Below, piece after piece: positions 34,475 through 35,825 of a stretch of 35,825 nt of DNA. How positions within the stretch are numbered: position 1 is the first letter of the stretch; each line of letters begins with the position of its first letter. Below the pieces are notes generated by a model, which did no database searches, was not told where the DNA came from, and worked only from the letters and a program-made list of their open reading frames with translations. The position numbers were made by a program, and so were the translations under genes. This stretch comes from a virus (lineage: Duplodnaviria > Caudoviricetes): the IMG/VR virus record IMGVR_UViG_3300026848_000012, positions 1-35,825 of that record; one strand, 5' to 3'.

Positions 34475-34680
34475 GCCTACAAAACGTACTAGACTGCGAG
34501 GAAATCAAGAAGATAACCGGCTACCAGCGCCCAGCCGATGCCGCACGCTGTTTGAGAGAGCAAGGCGTCGTCGTGTTTAACGGCCGCCGTGGCCCCTGGA
34601 CCACAATCGACTTGATTAACAAAGCGGGCGGTATCGAAGCCGCCCAGCCGACTGAGCTGAGCCCGACCGACATACTATGA
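34471..34680 (+). CDS. Putative excisionase (DUF4224-like)
   Basis: L...EIKKITGYQR......L..QG; directly upstream of the integrase. Confidence 0.7.
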   Translation: MSLQNVLDCEEIKKITGYQRPADAARCLREQGVVVFNGRRGPWTTIDLINKAGGIEAAQPTELSPTDIL

Positions 34681-35825
34681 AGACACGCCCGCGCAAACAC
34701 AGCCCCGACATACCTGCCCACATCAATCAGTCAAAGCTCCCCAACGGAGTCTATTTTGACAAGCGCGGCCGGGGCCGCTGGTATGTTCAATACCGTGATG
34801 AAGCGGGCAAGCTTAAAACCGAGCGTATCGCCGGTGCCGATGCCACGCTGTCAGAGCTTCACCGAATCATGGAGCAACGCAGCGGCATAGATCGCCGCAC
34901 CCTGCGCTACCTGGCGAAACAGTTTCACCAATCGGCACAGCTCAAAGAGCTGGCTATGAAGACCCAACAGGACTATGAATACTGCCGGGCCACGCTGCTG
35001 GAAATGCCCACCAAGCTGGGCAAGCCGCTGGGGGATCTGCCCACGTCGCAATTCTCCCCGGCACTGGTTCAGCGCCTGGTCGATAAGATTGCGGCCGAGG
35101 GCACACCATCAAAAGCGAATCACCTTTTACGTTATCTACGGCGCCTGTTCCGCTGGGGGATCAACCGTGGCTATTGCGATAGCAATCCTGCTCAGGGGGT
35201 GGAGTCTGCTAAAGAGCGAAAGCAACGCCGTTTGCCGGATCTGGCCACCATCGCTCGTCTAACCGAGTTTGCCCAGCAACGTGGCCAGCGCACGCGCGGC
35301 GAAAAAGGCGCGTGCGCGCCTTACCTCTGGGTCGTGATGGAGCTGGCCTACATTTGCCGCTTACGCGGGATAGAAGTCGTAACACTCACCGATGCCAACA
35401 GCACCGCCGACGGCGTGATGACCAACCGCCGCAAAGGCTCCCGGGATAACATCGTTCGCTGGTACCCACGACTAACCACCGCATGGACAGCCGCCACCGA
35501 GCGCCGCGCAGGAATCTGGAAAGCCAAAGGCAGGCCGGTACCCATGCACCCCGAAAATCGCCCACTCATCGTGGCGGCCGACGGCAGCGAGCTACGCAAA
35601 TCAAGCCTAGACACTGCCTGGCAGCGGTTAATCAAGCTGGCCATCGAAGAGGAAATCATCACAGAGGAAGAGCGCTTCGGCCTGCACGACCTAAAACGGC
35701 GCGGCATCACCGACACCAAAGGCACCCGACACGAAAAGCAGGAGGCCAGCGGCCATCGATCTGCTAGCATGATGGATACTTATGACCTAAGCGTGCCTGT
35801 AGTTAATCACCCTGGCAATGAATAA
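34677..35825 (+). CDS. int: Tyrosine integrase
   Basis: Catalytic R (RLRGIE), K (RRKGS), HDLKR, SGH, Y (MDTYD). Confidence 0.93.
   Translation: MKTRPRKHSPDIPAHINQSKLPNGVYFDKRGRGRWYVQYRDEAGKLKTERIAGADATLSELHRIMEQRSGIDRRTLRYLAKQFHQSAQLKELAMKTQQDYEYCRATLLEMPTKLGKPLGDLPTSQFSPALVQRLVDKIAAEGTPSKANHLLRYLRRLFRWGINRGYCDSNPAQGVESAKERKQRRLPDLATIARLTEFAQQRGQRTRGEKGACAPYLWVVMELAYICRLRGIEVVTLTDANSTADGVMTNRRKGSRDNIVRWYPRLTTAWTAATERRAGIWKAKGRPVPMHPENRPLIVAADGSELRKSSLDTAWQRLIKLAIEEEIITEEERFGLHDLKRRGITDTKGTRHEKQEASGHRSASMMDTYDLSVPVVNHPGNE

Larger units (their letters stand above)
1..35825. mobile_element. P2-like temperate phage/prophage, phiCTX-like arrangement (integrase distal to replication gene A)
   Basis: Syntenic set of P2-type head, tail, lysis, repressor, Ogr, A and integrase genes; att/cos ends not visible. 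Confidence 0.96.

Noticed and set aside
1-35825. attL/attR, cos site, tRNA target
   Set aside because: The window starts and ends at stop codons of portal and integrase; no terminal repeats or tRNA visible

Overview
The window is a nearly complete P2-like (Peduoviridae-type, phiCTX-like gene order) temperate myophage or prophage, running from the portal stop codon to the integrase stop codon. The att and cos sites are not visible. The host is probably a high-GC gammaproteobacterium such as Halomonadaceae (inference only). It carries head/packaging genes (Q,P,O,N,M,L), a lysis cassette (holin, SAR endolysin, two spanins), tail/baseplate genes (X,R,S,V,W,J,I, a tail fibre split into several genes, FI,FII,E/E',T,U,D), an S24-type CI repressor, an Ogr-type activator, rolling-circle initiator A with an internal ori, and a tyrosine integrase. 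There are two AT-richer accessory loci. One is a moron at 14183-15082. The other is a ~5.3 kb island between D and cI holding an ImmA/IrrE protease plus membrane-protein pair, an AbiJ-NTD4/HEPN-like gene and a compact retron-like reverse-transcriptase system. That system is the top candidate: promoter, ~150-nt structured RNA closed by an 8-bp inverted repeat, a 70-aa ORF whose RBS is locked in a hairpin, a 264-aa RT with non-canonical motifs, and a terminator. Other notable features are an 8 x 114-bp proline-rich repeat in the tape measure gene and four late promoters built on a TTGT-N14-ACAA site. All family calls come from motif recognition and synteny; no database search was run.
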